A DNA stretch of 64,000 nucleotides from the NCBI GenBank assembly GCA_038882955.1, contig JAVZNC010000002.1:128001-192000 (forward strand), given 5' to 3'. The notes under the pieces are model-generated. The model was not told where the DNA came from. It was given only the letters and a program-made list of their open reading frames with translations, and did no database searches. How positions within the stretch are numbered: the first letter of the stretch is position 1; each line of letters begins with the position of its first letter. The translations under genes were made by a program, and so were the position numbers. This document shows positions 9,292-18,939 of the stretch, in pieces. The stretch is from Candidatus Bathyarchaeia archaeon. Lineage in GTDB: Archaea; Thermoproteota; Bathyarchaeia; Bathyarchaeales; Bathycorpusculaceae.

Positions 9292-10644
9292 TTAACGTTG
9301 GCGTTCCAGCTTATCCAAAAGGTTGTTTTTGGCTTTTTCCGCCATCTCCATTACATGTTCCACCTTTAGGGTTTTCAACTCTCTGTCTTCCATTACTATT
9401 TTGCCGTTGACCATCACTGTTTCGACATCAGAACCTTTTGCCGCGTAAACTATGTGACTTGCTTCATTATACATTGGACGAAGATGCGGCTTTTTAAGGT
9501 CAACTATTATCAAGTCTGCCTTTTTTCCAATTTCTATTGAGCCTATTTCGTTTTCCCATGAAAGCGCCAATGCCCCTTCAATTGTCGCCATCTCCAAAAC
9601 TTTTTCCGCGGGCATAAGTGTTGGATTTTTGTTTACGCCTTTATGTAGGAGTGCTGCGACTTTCATCACTTCAAACATGTCAGCCGTGTTATTTGAGCAT
9701 GGGCTATCTGTGCCAAGCGAAACAGTTAAGCCTTTTTCAAGCATTTTCGGGACGGGGCTGATGCCAGAAGCAAGCTTGAGGTTTGAAATTGGATTGTGCG
9801 CGACTTTTACGCCCCTTTTCTTCATAATAGTTATGTCGCTTTCTGTTAGTGCCACGCAATGTGCAGCGATAACATGCTCATCCAAAACGCCGAGCGAATC
9901 CAAATACTCTATTATGCTACCACTCAGCTTCAAATTAAACGCACTTTGGATTTTTTCCTTCTCATCAAACGTTTCAGCAACGTGAATATGACAAATTATT
10001 TGACTATTTTCAGAGCCGTATCGCCGATTCAACTCCCGCCTCAAAGCAAATAACTCTTTCATGTATTCGGGGTCAACAGTGTAAGGTGCATGCGGATCAA
10101 CGCTCACATGAATTAGTCCATTAGCTTTGTCATGCCAATTTTTAGCCATGTCTTCCAGCGCCCTCTTATCCTCACTTTTCCGCCACGAAAAACATACATG
10201 ACCAACAACGCCTCTCACTTCAGCATCTGCAAGAGCCTTCGCTTCATTCTCTTTTGGCATATAATGATACATCGTATTGATTGTCGTTGTACCACTCATT
10301 ATGGACTCAACTGCCGTCAACAATGCTCCAACATAAATATCGCGTTCGCTCATGTTCTTCTCTATTGGCCATATCCGTTTTTCAAGCCACTCTTGAAGCG
10401 GCAAGTCATCAGCATAACCTCTCAAAAGGCTCATGGCTGCATGCTGATGCGTATTTATCAATCCTGGCATTACAATTTTGTTTTCGGCGTTTATTTTCTC
10501 GTAGCCTCTACTGTACTTTCTTTTTAATTCCCGCTCCTTGCCAACATCAACTATCATGTCTTCTTCTATTGCGACCGCGCCGTTCCGAATTACCTTTCTG
10601 TCTTTTAATGTGAGTAGTGTTCCGCCATGGATTAAAATGTTCAT
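9292..10644 (-). CDS. mtaD: Amidohydrolase, MTA/SAH deaminase family
   Basis: PGLINTHQH, PHAPYT, HIHVAET, AHCV and LGTD motifs; upstream of ahcY. Confidence 0.85.
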   Translation of the reverse strand: MNILIHGGTLLTLKDRKVIRNGAVAIEEDMIVDVGKERELKRKYSRGYEKINAENKIVMPGLINTHQHAAMSLLRGYADDLPLQEWLEKRIWPIEKNMSERDIYVGALLTAVESIMSGTTTINTMYHYMPKENEAKALADAEVRGVVGHVCFSWRKSEDKRALEDMAKNWHDKANGLIHVSVDPHAPYTVDPEYMKELFALRRELNRRYGSENSQIICHIHVAETFDEKEKIQSAFNLKLSGSIIEYLDSLGVLDEHVIAAHCVALTESDITIMKKRGVKVAHNPISNLKLASGISPVPKMLEKGLTVSLGTDSPCSNNTADMFEVMKVAALLHKGVNKNPTLMPAEKVLEMATIEGALALSWENEIGSIEIGKKADLIIVDLKKPHLRPMYNEASHIVYAAKGSDVETVMVNGKIVMEDRELKTLKVEHVMEMAEKAKNNLLDKLERQR

Positions 10645-10713
10645 TTTGGTTCGCCTTTTTGGTAAATGTTTTCTTTATCGTTATATTTTTAACTGGTAAA
10701 CGCACCTTTCACT

Positions 10714-11811
10714 TTGGTGAGCCTATTGTTAAATTTAAAAGTTGAACGTCTTGAAGAATATCTTTCAACCGTTTACAAGGCAAAAGTCAAGGTTCTAAGC
10801 GTTACTCCAATGGGCACAGTGGAAGAAACAGAATTAAAGGGCTTTGGCTACGGGGTACCCTACTTAGTCGAGTTCGCAGTTGGCAAGGAGCATAAGCTTG
10901 TTGTTTTAGAGTCGATGCGTCCAGAAGGTTTCGGACACGAGTATTTCTCCGATAGAGCCGCAGTTTTGCTGTGGCAACATTCAGCTTTTAACAAGCTGCC
11001 TAGGCATGTGCAATCGGTCGATGTGGGCGCCTTTTTGAAGGATGGCGAAACTCTAAAATCTCTTGGAGATTGCTGTGAATTCTTTATTGTAACAGAGTTT
11101 GTTCAAGGCACGCCTTACTATCAAGATTTGGACCGCATCAAAGAATATGGAGAACTCTCAGATTTAGATGAGGAGCGCTGCGTTACCCTATCGGATTACC
11201 TTGCGCAAATACACTCCGAAAAGAACAAAGAGCAAACTGGACTTTATGTTAGGCGTATCCGCGATTTGGTTGGTCATGGCGAATGCATTTTTGGGTTGAC
11301 TGACAGCTATCCAAGCGGTTTAAAATACGTCGATGAAAAGTACTTCATTGAGTTTGAAAAGGCGTGTGTGGAATGGCGCTGGCGTCTCAAGGGAAAAGTG
11401 CATAGGCTTTCGCAAGTTCACGGTGACTTTCATCCATGGAACATCCTGTTCAAGCAAGGACTCGAATTTACAGTTTTGGACCGCAGCAGAGGCGATTGGG
11501 GAGAACCCGCTGATGATGTAACCGCCCTTACCATAAACTACATTTTCTATTCTCTGCAAACTTTTGGCAAAATGGATGGACCATTTCTGCGGTTATTTCT
11601 GCTCTTCTGGAGGAATTACATGGATAAGACTGGTGATGAAGAAATATTAAGCGTCGTACAACCATTTTACGCTTGGAGAAGCCTTGTTATCGCCTCACCG
11701 ACATGGTACCCAAACCTTTCAGTGGACGTTAGACAAAAGATTTTTAAGTTTGCCAACAAGATGCTTAAGACCAAAAAATTCGATTTCGAAGATATAGAGG
11801 CTTTCTTCTAA
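10714..11811 (+). CDS. APH/choline-kinase-like phosphotransferase
   Basis: HGDFHPWNILF catalytic loop and VLD metal-binding motif. Confidence 0.85.
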   Translation: MVSLLLNLKVERLEEYLSTVYKAKVKVLSVTPMGTVEETELKGFGYGVPYLVEFAVGKEHKLVVLESMRPEGFGHEYFSDRAAVLLWQHSAFNKLPRHVQSVDVGAFLKDGETLKSLGDCCEFFIVTEFVQGTPYYQDLDRIKEYGELSDLDEERCVTLSDYLAQIHSEKNKEQTGLYVRRIRDLVGHGECIFGLTDSYPSGLKYVDEKYFIEFEKACVEWRWRLKGKVHRLSQVHGDFHPWNILFKQGLEFTVLDRSRGDWGEPADDVTALTINYIFYSLQTFGKMDGPFLRLFLLFWRNYMDKTGDEEILSVVQPFYAWRSLVIASPTWYPNLSVDVRQKIFKFANKMLKTKKFDFEDIEAFF

Positions 11812-11886
11812 AAGCAGGGGCGTTTCCTTTTTGGTGGCAAAAGTTTTAAAGATAATTTGAATAACCCTTTGAGGTGTGGTGGCGCT

Positions 11887-12009
11887 TTGAACGTGGAATC
11901 CATAAAGGACCTAAAAAAGGTTCTTAGAGATGTGGGATATTCTGGTAAGGCTATCGACGAGATTTTAAAATGGTACAAGAGTGAAAAGACAACAGATGAC
12001 CGTAAGTGA
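11887..12009 (+). CDS. Small 40-aa protein not in the ORF track (MNVESIKDLKKVLRDVGYSGKAIDEILKWYKSEKTTDDRK)
   Basis: SD GAGGTG at 11871, TTG start, stop overlaps next start (GTGA), amphipathic helices. Confidence 0.55.
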   Translation: MNVESIKDLKKVLRDVGYSGKAIDEILKWYKSEKTTDDRK

Positions 12010-12482
12010 ATGGCATATACATCCTGGCAATTTCTGTTAAAAAGGAAATCCGCCTAAAAATTGGAAGTTTAGGAATCAAAAATTTTGATAGTGGACTTTA
12101 CGTTTACGTGGGTTCCGCACAGAACGGTCTTAAAAAACGGATAATGCGACACATGAAGCGCAGCAAGCGCAAATTCTGGCACATAGATTATTTACTAAGC
12201 AACAAGAACGTAAAAATCATAGAGGCGTTCTACAAAGAGGCTGAAAGCGCTTGGGAATGTAAAACCGCAAGTAAGCTCTGCGAAATTGGTCTTCCAGTAA
12301 ACGGCTTCGGTTCATCTGACTGCAGATGCAGAAGCCACTTCTTCAAGATAAAAAATCATCAATCTTTAATAGAGTTTATAAAAGCAAATAACTTTAGGAG
12401 GTTTCAGTACTGCGGGAAGGCTGGTGTGTCTGGGTTACCGGCTTGCCTGGAAGCGGCAAGTCCGTTGTTGCGAGTGCATTAA
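12006..12482 (+). CDS. GIY-YIG (Uri, DUF123) endonuclease family protein; C-terminus probably extended by a lost stop at 12408-12410
   Basis: GIYIL, YVYVGSA, WHIDYLL and GFGSSDCRCRSHF motifs. Confidence 0.85.
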   Translation: MNGIYILAISVKKEIRLKIGSLGIKNFDSGLYVYVGSAQNGLKKRIMRHMKRSKRKFWHIDYLLSNKNVKIIEAFYKEAESAWECKTASKLCEIGLPVNGFGSSDCRCRSHFFKIKNHQSLIEFIKANNFRRFQYCGKAGVSGLPACLEAASPLLRVH

Positions 12483-12958
12483 TCACGCTTCTTAAAAAAA
12501 GAGGCGTTCATGTGCAACTGCTCTCTTCGGATGCCCTGCGGAAGGTGATGACGCCGAAGCCAAAATACACGCTGGATGAACGCGACGCTGTCTATGCAAC
12601 ACTTGTTTACATTGCAAGGCTGTTAACCGAAAACGGCGTTAACGTGGTTATAGATGCGACTGGAAACTTGCGGCGCTACCGTGAAAATGCAAGAGTGCAA
12701 ATACCAAAGTTTATAGAGGCTTACCTAGAATGCCAGTTGGAAGTTTGCATGGAACGCGAATCAAAACGTAAGGATACACGCCTTGCTCCACGAAAAATTT
12801 ATGAGAAGGCTTTAGAGGGAAAGGCGCCGACGGTACCGGGAATAGGGCAACCATATGAGGAACCATTAAATCCTGAAGTGCGGGTTGATGCTGCAAGGTT
12901 GTCTCCGCTGGAGTGCGCCAAAAAAATAATGGCTGTTATTGTTGAACGTTATCATTGA
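12410..12958 (+). CDS. Adenylyl-sulfate kinase-like P-loop kinase; predicted start CTG 12410
   Basis: Frame upstream of the track start encodes WCVWVTGLPGSGKS; YEEPLNPE C-terminal motif; SD AGGAGG at 12396. Confidence 0.8.
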   Translation: MREGWCVWVTGLPGSGKSVVASALITLLKKRGVHVQLLSSDALRKVMTPKPKYTLDERDAVYATLVYIARLLTENGVNVVIDATGNLRRYRENARVQIPKFIEAYLECQLEVCMERESKRKDTRLAPRKIYEKALEGKAPTVPGIGQPYEEPLNPEVRVDAARLSPLECAKKIMAVIVERYH

Positions 12959-12965
12959 TTTGGCA

Positions 12966-13189
12966 CTATTCGGTTTCCAGTTTGTAAAGTACTTTGCAGC
13001 CTCTCAATGTTTCGTGGACTGAGCATGCGACTTGTAATACGTCTTCGAGCGAGACTTTCTTTTTGCCCCAATCGTAAACGTGGTCGTGCACCCTTTTAGG
13101 GGCTTGAATCCTAGCGAGCGTAGGCGTTCGACGACGTCTATTGGGTTTGCGCCTTCACTGTAAAATATGATGTTTAAGTAGGTTCTCAT
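12966..13189 (-). pseudogene. Small conserved-type archaeal protein with a 1-nt frameshift near 13090
   Basis: MRTYLNIIFYSEGANPIDVVERLRSLGFKPLKG continues in another frame as HDHVYDWGKKKVSLEDVLQVACSVHETLRGCKVLYKLETE*. Confidence 0.65.
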
Positions 13190-13276
13190 TTTCGTTTTCT
13201 CCACCAGAGTTGTTTGAATCCCTTTTGGAAAACATTAAACTTTCGCTCTTAATGGAGACTGAATTAACCGTCGTTT

Positions 13277-13885
13277 TTACGTTGGAGGTTTATAATTTCT
13301 GACGTATTCAATCACGATTTCAGCTTGTTCCTTGGATATTACGCCTGACTTGTGGAGGCTGTTAACCATGCTTGAAACTGTTGTTAAGGCGTGAACTTTG
13401 TATCCTAGTTTTTCAAGGTTTTCTTTGCCGCTTTGCTCTCTGTCCACAACAACCACGACGTGCTTGACTTCTGCCCCGAGCACTTCTAAGGGTTTTATTC
13501 CCTCAAGTTTCGATAAACCCTCGCTAATGACATCATCAAAAAAGACTATGTGCTCCCCCTTTTCCACATTTGCTCCAGCAATTCTTCCAGTTGCTCCATA
13601 TGCTTTCTCCTCTTTTCGCACAACAACGCATGGCAATTCAACGCGGCAAGCGATACTTGGCAAAACGAGCGCGCCCTTTAACTCTATAGATGCAAGCTTA
13701 TCCACCCTTTCAGAAGTCCGTATTTTCCTTATCTCATCGGCTACAACATCTGCTATTTTGCATAGGGCTTTCGGCGAAGACAACAAGCATGTCAAATCGA
13801 TGTAGTAGGGGCTTATAGCTCCAGACTTGATTTTGAAACTACCAAACTTTAAACAACCAGAACTATAAAGCGCATCTGCGACCAA
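13277..13885 (-). CDS. pyrE: Orotate phosphoribosyltransferase
   Basis: FGSFKIKSG..SPYYID, RKEEKAYG and FFDDVISEG motifs. Confidence 0.9.
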   Translation of the reverse strand: MVADALYSSGCLKFGSFKIKSGAISPYYIDLTCLLSSPKALCKIADVVADEIRKIRTSERVDKLASIELKGALVLPSIACRVELPCVVVRKEEKAYGATGRIAGANVEKGEHIVFFDDVISEGLSKLEGIKPLEVLGAEVKHVVVVVDREQSGKENLEKLGYKVHALTTVSSMVNSLHKSGVISKEQAEIVIEYVRNYKPPT

Positions 13886-14033
13886 CGGTGCTAAATTTGA
13901 CAGTTCAGTTCCCTCTCCTAATCACTTCACACTTTTAGATTTAACACTTACCCTATAACTTAAAAACGTTATAATAACGGTAACATTTATAACCAAATGT
14001 TGGCATTCCATAAAGACGCGAAGCGGACAGACA

Positions 14034-15047
14034 ATGGGTCATAGAAAAACACACGCTCCAAGACACGGTTCACTTGCCTATTTGCCTAGGAAACGTGCTA
14101 AACGCCTCCTGGCTAGAACACGCTATTGGCCAGAAATCAAAGCGGACACGCCTAGACTCTTAGGCTTTATTGGCTATAAAGCTGGAATGACCCACGTTTT
14201 TGCAATTGAGGATAGGAAACGTTCTCCAAACTTTGGTAAAGAAGTAATGCGTTCAGCAACAGTTGTTGAAACACCGCCGCTTACAATATGCGCGGTTAGG
14301 GCATACGTAAAGACTCCTTATGGTTTGAAGACCCTTTCTGAGGCTTGGATGAAAGACCCACCCGATGACCTTGAAAGGGTTCTAACAATTCCAGAGAACT
14401 TCAACACCGAGGAGCAGTTGAAGAAGATTGAGCAAAGTTTGGATAAAGTTGCAAAAATACGCGTGATAGCAGTCACCCAGCCCAAACAAACAGGCTTGTC
14501 TAAGAAGAAACCCGACGTGGCTGAAATAGAAGTCAGTGGCGGAACAATCCAACAACAGTTTGAATACGCCAGAAGCCTGCTTGGAAAAACTGTTTCTCCG
14601 ACAGAAGTTTTCAAGGAAGGCCAATACGTAGATGTCATGGCAGTTTCAACTGGCAAAGGCTTCCAAGGACCCGTTAAACGCTGGGGCGTAACAATATTGC
14701 AGCACAAGGGCAGAAAAACAAAGAGGGGCATCGCAACATTAGGTCCATGGAACCCACACCATGTAATGTACAGTATCCCAAGGGCTGGACAGATGGGTTT
14801 TCACCAGAGAACAGAATACAACAAGCGAATCCTCAAAATGGGTAATGATGGAAAAGAGATAACGCCTAAAGGCGGCTTTATAAGATACGGTTTAGTCCAC
14901 GGGCCATACTTGTTATTGGAAGGAAGCATACCTGGAACCGAGAAGCGTCCAATAAAGTTGCGTTATCCAGCACGTCCTCCAAAGGGAATCCCAGAGGAAC
15001 CGCCACAAGTAACGTTCATATCGCTTGAGTCGCCACAAGGGAAGTAA
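14034..15047 (+). CDS. rpl3: 50S ribosomal protein L3
   Basis: PRHGSL, GYKAGMTH and GKGFQGPVKRWG motifs. Confidence 0.98.
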   Translation: MGHRKTHAPRHGSLAYLPRKRAKRLLARTRYWPEIKADTPRLLGFIGYKAGMTHVFAIEDRKRSPNFGKEVMRSATVVETPPLTICAVRAYVKTPYGLKTLSEAWMKDPPDDLERVLTIPENFNTEEQLKKIEQSLDKVAKIRVIAVTQPKQTGLSKKKPDVAEIEVSGGTIQQQFEYARSLLGKTVSPTEVFKEGQYVDVMAVSTGKGFQGPVKRWGVTILQHKGRKTKRGIATLGPWNPHHVMYSIPRAGQMGFHQRTEYNKRILKMGNDGKEITPKGGFIRYGLVHGPYLLLEGSIPGTEKRPIKLRYPARPPKGIPEEPPQVTFISLESPQGK

Positions 15048-15061
15048 AACGGTGAAGGGTC

Positions 15062-15850
15062 ATGGTTAAGAAGACAGCGAAAGTTTTCAACCTTCAAGGC
15101 AAGCCTGTTGGAAAAATAGCGCTTCCACCAGTCTTCGAAACGCCGATAAGACCAGACGTCATTAAACGTGCTGTCCTCGCGATACAATCAGCGCGAATTC
15201 AGCCTCAAGGCAGAAACTCAATGGCAGGCAAGCGAACCTCTGCAGAATCAAGAGGTGTTGGACTGGGAATCGCCCGCATTCCACGTACAAAGGAACCTGG
15301 AGGCAGGGCTGCTTTTGCTCCTGGAACGGTAGGCGGTAGAGCTGCGCATCCGCCAACTTCCGAAAAGAAGATTGTTAAAAGGATTCCAAAGAAGGAAAAG
15401 CGTTTGGCTTTGTTCTCTGCGATAGCCGCCACTGGATATAAGGAAATTGTAGCTTCTAGAGGACACGCGGTTGAGGGCGTTCCATCGATTCCACTTGTGG
15501 TTACCGACGATTTAGCGAAGTTGAAAAGGACAAAGGAAGTTGAAGAAGCCCTAATAAGTCTCGGACTTTTATCCGACATTTATCGTATCCGAGAAAGTCG
15601 CAAGGTTCGAGCAGGCAAAGGTAAAAGAAGAGGTCGAAAAATAAGGCGGGCTGTTGGACCACTAATTGTTGTGGCGGAAAATGATGGCGTTGTAAAGGCG
15701 GCTGAAAACATTCCAGGCTTGGACGTTGTTGCTGTTAAGGACTTGAACGCTGAGGTTCTTGCTCCAGGTGCGCATCCGGGTAGGCTTACGGTGTGGACTG
15801 TTGGCGCTATTAAAAAATTGGGTGAACTTTACGGAGAGGAGGCAGCCTAA
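15062..15850 (+). CDS. rpl4: 50S ribosomal protein L4
   Basis: AGKRTSAES and LAPGAHPGRLTVWT motifs. Confidence 0.98.
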   Translation: MVKKTAKVFNLQGKPVGKIALPPVFETPIRPDVIKRAVLAIQSARIQPQGRNSMAGKRTSAESRGVGLGIARIPRTKEPGGRAAFAPGTVGGRAAHPPTSEKKIVKRIPKKEKRLALFSAIAATGYKEIVASRGHAVEGVPSIPLVVTDDLAKLKRTKEVEEALISLGLLSDIYRIRESRKVRAGKGKRRGRKIRRAVGPLIVVAENDGVVKAAENIPGLDVVAVKDLNAEVLAPGAHPGRLTVWTVGAIKKLGELYGEEAA

Positions 15851-16110
15851 TGGACGCGCATGAGATTATTCTTTACCCCATGATGACTGAATCGGCAAGC
15901 ATGATGGTTGAAAAGGAAAACAAACTTGTCTTTATAGTTAATAAGAAAGCGGGAAAGGCTGACGTTAAAAGGGCTGTTGAAGAACTTTACGAGGTTAAGG
16001 TTGAAAGGGTAAACCTTCTCATAACGCCTCAAGGCGAAAAGAAAGCCTTTGTAAAGCTCCATCCCGATTATAAGGCTGCGGACGTAGCAATTAAGCTTGG
16101 AATACTATAA
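15850..16110 (+). CDS. rpl23: 50S ribosomal protein L23
   Basis: ENKLVFIV and KKAFVKL motifs; operon position. Confidence 0.97.
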   Translation: MDAHEIILYPMMTESASMMVEKENKLVFIVNKKAGKADVKRAVEELYEVKVERVNLLITPQGEKKAFVKLHPDYKAADVAIKLGIL

Positions 16111-16130
16111 AATAAAATGAGGCGACTGAT

Positions 16131-16880
16131 GTGGGAAAAAGAATTCGTGTTCAAAGGCGTGGGCGTGGCGGACGCCCATATAAATCTTCAACTCACAAGA
16201 GAGTTGCTCCAGCACAGTATCCCATAACAATAACAAAACAGGAGTATGCTGAAGCAGCCATAAACGGGGTTATCGAAGAATTTGTCCATGACCCAGGACG
16301 CGGTTCTCCACTAGCCTTTTTAAGGTTTGAAAATGGCACCACATGCTATACTGTGGTTCCAGAAGGAACCTATGTTGGACAGCGAATACAGATGGGCGGA
16401 AAGGCTTCTGTTGAAGTTGGCAACATCCTTCCAGTTGGAAAAGTTCCAGAAGGCACTATGATTTGTAATATTGAACTGCGACCAGGTGACGGTGGAAAAA
16501 TTGCGAAATCTTCTGGAACGTATGCAATTGTAGTTTCGCATACGCCTAGAGGAACCATAATTAGGCTTCCTTCTGGCAGAACAAAATACGTGCCAGACGA
16601 TTGTAGAGCAACCATAGGAGTTGTTGCTGGCGCTGGGAGAACAGAAAAGCCATTCCTTAAGGCTGGTGCAAAGTTTCATCTAATGAAGGCTAAGGGACAC
16701 AAGTATCCGCGGACTCGCGGACGCGCGATGGTTGCGGCGGTACACCCATATGGAAGCAGCAAGAGAAGCGCTCGTAAGGTCACTACTACTTCACATGGCG
16801 CTCCTCCTGGGCAGAAGGTTGGCTTAATTGCAGCGCGAGGTGCTGGTCGAAGAAGGAAGAGGGTGTCTAAAGAAGAATGA
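16131..16880 (+). CDS. rpl2: 50S ribosomal protein L2
   Basis: MGKRIRVQRRGRG, HDPGR and APPGQKVG motifs. Confidence 0.98.
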   Translation: MGKRIRVQRRGRGGRPYKSSTHKRVAPAQYPITITKQEYAEAAINGVIEEFVHDPGRGSPLAFLRFENGTTCYTVVPEGTYVGQRIQMGGKASVEVGNILPVGKVPEGTMICNIELRPGDGGKIAKSSGTYAIVVSHTPRGTIIRLPSGRTKYVPDDCRATIGVVAGAGRTEKPFLKAGAKFHLMKAKGHKYPRTRGRAMVAAVHPYGSSKRSARKVTTTSHGAPPGQKVGLIAARGAGRRRKRVSKEE

Positions 16881-16931
16881 GCAGAAAGTTTATAGGCGTT
16901 AGGTGTTATCGCATCTGGTAGGCTGAATTGA

Positions 16932-17336
16932 ATGCCGCGTGAATTTAGATATCGTGGATATACGCTTAATCAGCTGCAAAGCATGTCAATGGACGAGTTC
17001 ATTAGCTTACTTCCTGCGAGACCGCGGAGAACTCTTCAACGTGGACTTAAACCTCAACAGCGAGTTCTTCTCGAAAACATAAGAAGAGCAAAGGAAGCCC
17101 TTAGACAAGGAAGCACCGTAACTGTAAAAACGCATGTCCGTGACATGATTATTCTGCCTGAAATGGTTGGCGTAACAATCCACGTGCATAATGGCAAAGA
17201 GTTCATTCCAGTTGAAATAAAGCCGGAAATGATTGGACATTACCTGGGTGAATTTGCCATTACCAACAAGCCAGTAAAGCACGGTACGCCGGGCATTGGC
17301 GCATCCCGCTCTTCAATGTATGTGCCATTAAAATAG
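16932..17336 (+). CDS. rps19: 30S ribosomal protein S19
   Basis: [15 protein letters not shown] and GHYLGEF motifs. Confidence 0.98.
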   Translation: MPREFRYRGYTLNQLQSMSMDEFISLLPARPRRTLQRGLKPQQRVLLENIRRAKEALRQGSTVTVKTHVRDMIILPEMVGVTIHVHNGKEFIPVEIKPEMIGHYLGEFAITNKPVKHGTPGIGASRSSMYVPLK

Positions 17337-17344
17337 CGTTTTGG

Positions 17345-17773
17345 CTATGCGGTGTATTCTCTTCCAGAAGGCTTCTTTTCCACTTGCGTTTTCATTTCTG
17401 GAATTTGCGGTAATGGTATGGGCGGAGGAATGTTTATTGTTCGCGAAACTATGACGGCTTCTACTAATGCGACATTAGAGATTGATTGTATAACAACTGG
17501 TGGCGGAGGCTTCTTCTCCTCGTAATCCCTGTAAATCTTTTCAATCTCGCCTTCATCCCCGACAACGTAGGCTTTTCCTTTTAGGGTTATCTGGGCTATG
17601 GAAGGGTTAAAATTGATTGATAGGATGAATGGAACCTCCAAAGAGTCATCAGCCTTCTTTTCGAAACCCACAACGTTTATGTTTGTGTTAATTTGAACTG
17701 GCGGGATTGGCTTCTTAATGTCCAAGAAACGTTCAGCAGAAATGTTAGTTATTATGACGTTAACTCTAATCAT
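17345..17773 (-). CDS. Conserved hypothetical protein (possible SecB-like fold)
   Basis: Beta-rich N-terminus followed by a helix and IPPPIPLP; continues the rps27ae operon. Confidence 0.7.
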   Translation of the reverse strand: MIRVNVIITNISAERFLDIKKPIPPVQINTNINVVGFEKKADDSLEVPFILSINFNPSIAQITLKGKAYVVGDEGEIEKIYRDYEEKKPPPPVVIQSISNVALVEAVIVSRTINIPPPIPLPQIPEMKTQVEKKPSGREYTA

Positions 17774-17810
17774 CAGCCCTCATCAGACTAACTTCAATGT
17801 GTCGCACAAT

Positions 17811-18050
17811 TTAAAGGTGTTCATTTTCCCGCGGCTTATACCTAGTGAAACCACAGCGTCCACACGTGAACCTGTCGCCGTGGTCAGCCATAAAATATCC
17901 TGGACCGCACCTTTCGCATGTTGGGCGTAACCTAACAACTTTGTCTTTATCGATTTTGTATAGAGAAAATAATCCTTTCCTCTTCTTTTTCTCCGTTTTC
18001 TGGGCTTTTCCTGCTTTCTCCTCTTTTGCGGTTTCCTCGCTCTTTGACAT
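17811..18050 (-). CDS. rps27ae: 30S ribosomal protein S27ae
   Basis: CERCGPGYFMADHGDRFTCGRCG zinc ribbon. Confidence 0.95.
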   Translation of the reverse strand: MSKSEETAKEEKAGKAQKTEKKKRKGLFSLYKIDKDKVVRLRPTCERCGPGYFMADHGDRFTCGRCGFTRYKPRENEHL

Positions 18051-18053
18051 ATT

Positions 18054-18362
18054 TTACTCCTTTCCTCCTTCCTTATTTTCTTGGGGAACATTCCTGTTGA
18101 CTACGTATTCTGGCTCGATGAGTTTTGCCTGCTCAAGCGAATCATAAACGTTTGCGAATCCCGTGGCTATTTGAGTGCCGGTTTTTGTTCCGATTTTCTT
18201 TATGAAAACAAGTTCAATGTTAGTCTTTAATGCATCAGCAACGGCTTTTCTAACCTCTGACCTCGGGGGTGTGCTGCCGGTTTGATTATGTTTTATTTGG
18301 AAGTAGACTTCTCTTCGCCTCAAGAGTGGATTTTTTTTCTCTGAAACTATTGTTATTTCCAT
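18054..18362 (-). CDS. rps24e: 30S ribosomal protein S24e
   Basis: NPLLRRRE and TPPRSEVR motifs; start set at ATG 18362. Confidence 0.95.
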   Translation of the reverse strand: MEITIVSEKKNPLLRRREVYFQIKHNQTGSTPPRSEVRKAVADALKTNIELVFIKKIGTKTGTQIATGFANVYDSLEQAKLIEPEYVVNRNVPQENKEGGKE

Positions 18363-18403
18363 GTTGTATCCCGTTTTAATGTTGAGTTGAATGTGCTGCC
18401 TCA

Positions 18404-18937
18404 TTATTTAGCTTTTCGAGCGGTTTCCATGACTTTTAAAATTTCTTCAATCTCTTTCCTTTTCTCTCGAGTGACCTTAATTAGAACTGCCCCTTGGTGT
18501 GGCTGTCCGTAAATTACAAACGAGTTTTCTGGTGCATAAAGAACTGCTATAAGCGTAAGCAAATCTTCTTCTCCATCAACAAGAATCTTAACGTTAACAT
18601 CATAATTCAACGCTTCTTTTATAGCCTTTATTGCCTCCTCGGTTATTGTTCCCGCGGGGTTCACAGTGCGTATTTCCCTTTCCACCGGCACATTTATTGG
18701 TTGAGTTTTCCTTCGCATCACTTTGCTGTCAACTATTGCGAGTTTTGGGAGAACGCCGTTTTCCACAAGGTTCTTTGAGACGGTGTCGCCAACCGATATT
18801 ATTGCTGGCGGCTTTTCACGTTCAATCATACTTTTTACTCTAGTCATTGTCTCGTTAAATGAACCTTGAATTAATATTCCAAGCGGCTTTTTCAGCTTTA
18901 TGCGCAACTCTGGAGTTAAAATGTATGCAAAAGCCAA
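18404..18937 (-). CDS. GTP-dependent dephospho-CoA kinase (DUF359)
   Basis: VGDTV, NPAGTIT, VDGEEDLL and YGQP motifs; conserved synteny. Confidence 0.9.
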   Translation of the reverse strand: MAFAYILTPELRIKLKKPLGILIQGSFNETMTRVKSMIEREKPPAIISVGDTVSKNLVENGVLPKLAIVDSKVMRRKTQPINVPVEREIRTVNPAGTITEEAIKAIKEALNYDVNVKILVDGEEDLLTLIAVLYAPENSFVIYGQPHQGAVLIKVTREKRKEIEEILKVMETARKAK

Positions 18938-18939
18938 GT

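Noticed and set aside
13085-13100. Programmed -1 frameshift
   Set aside because: AAA GGG T is not in the X XXY YYZ register; a simple indel is more likely.
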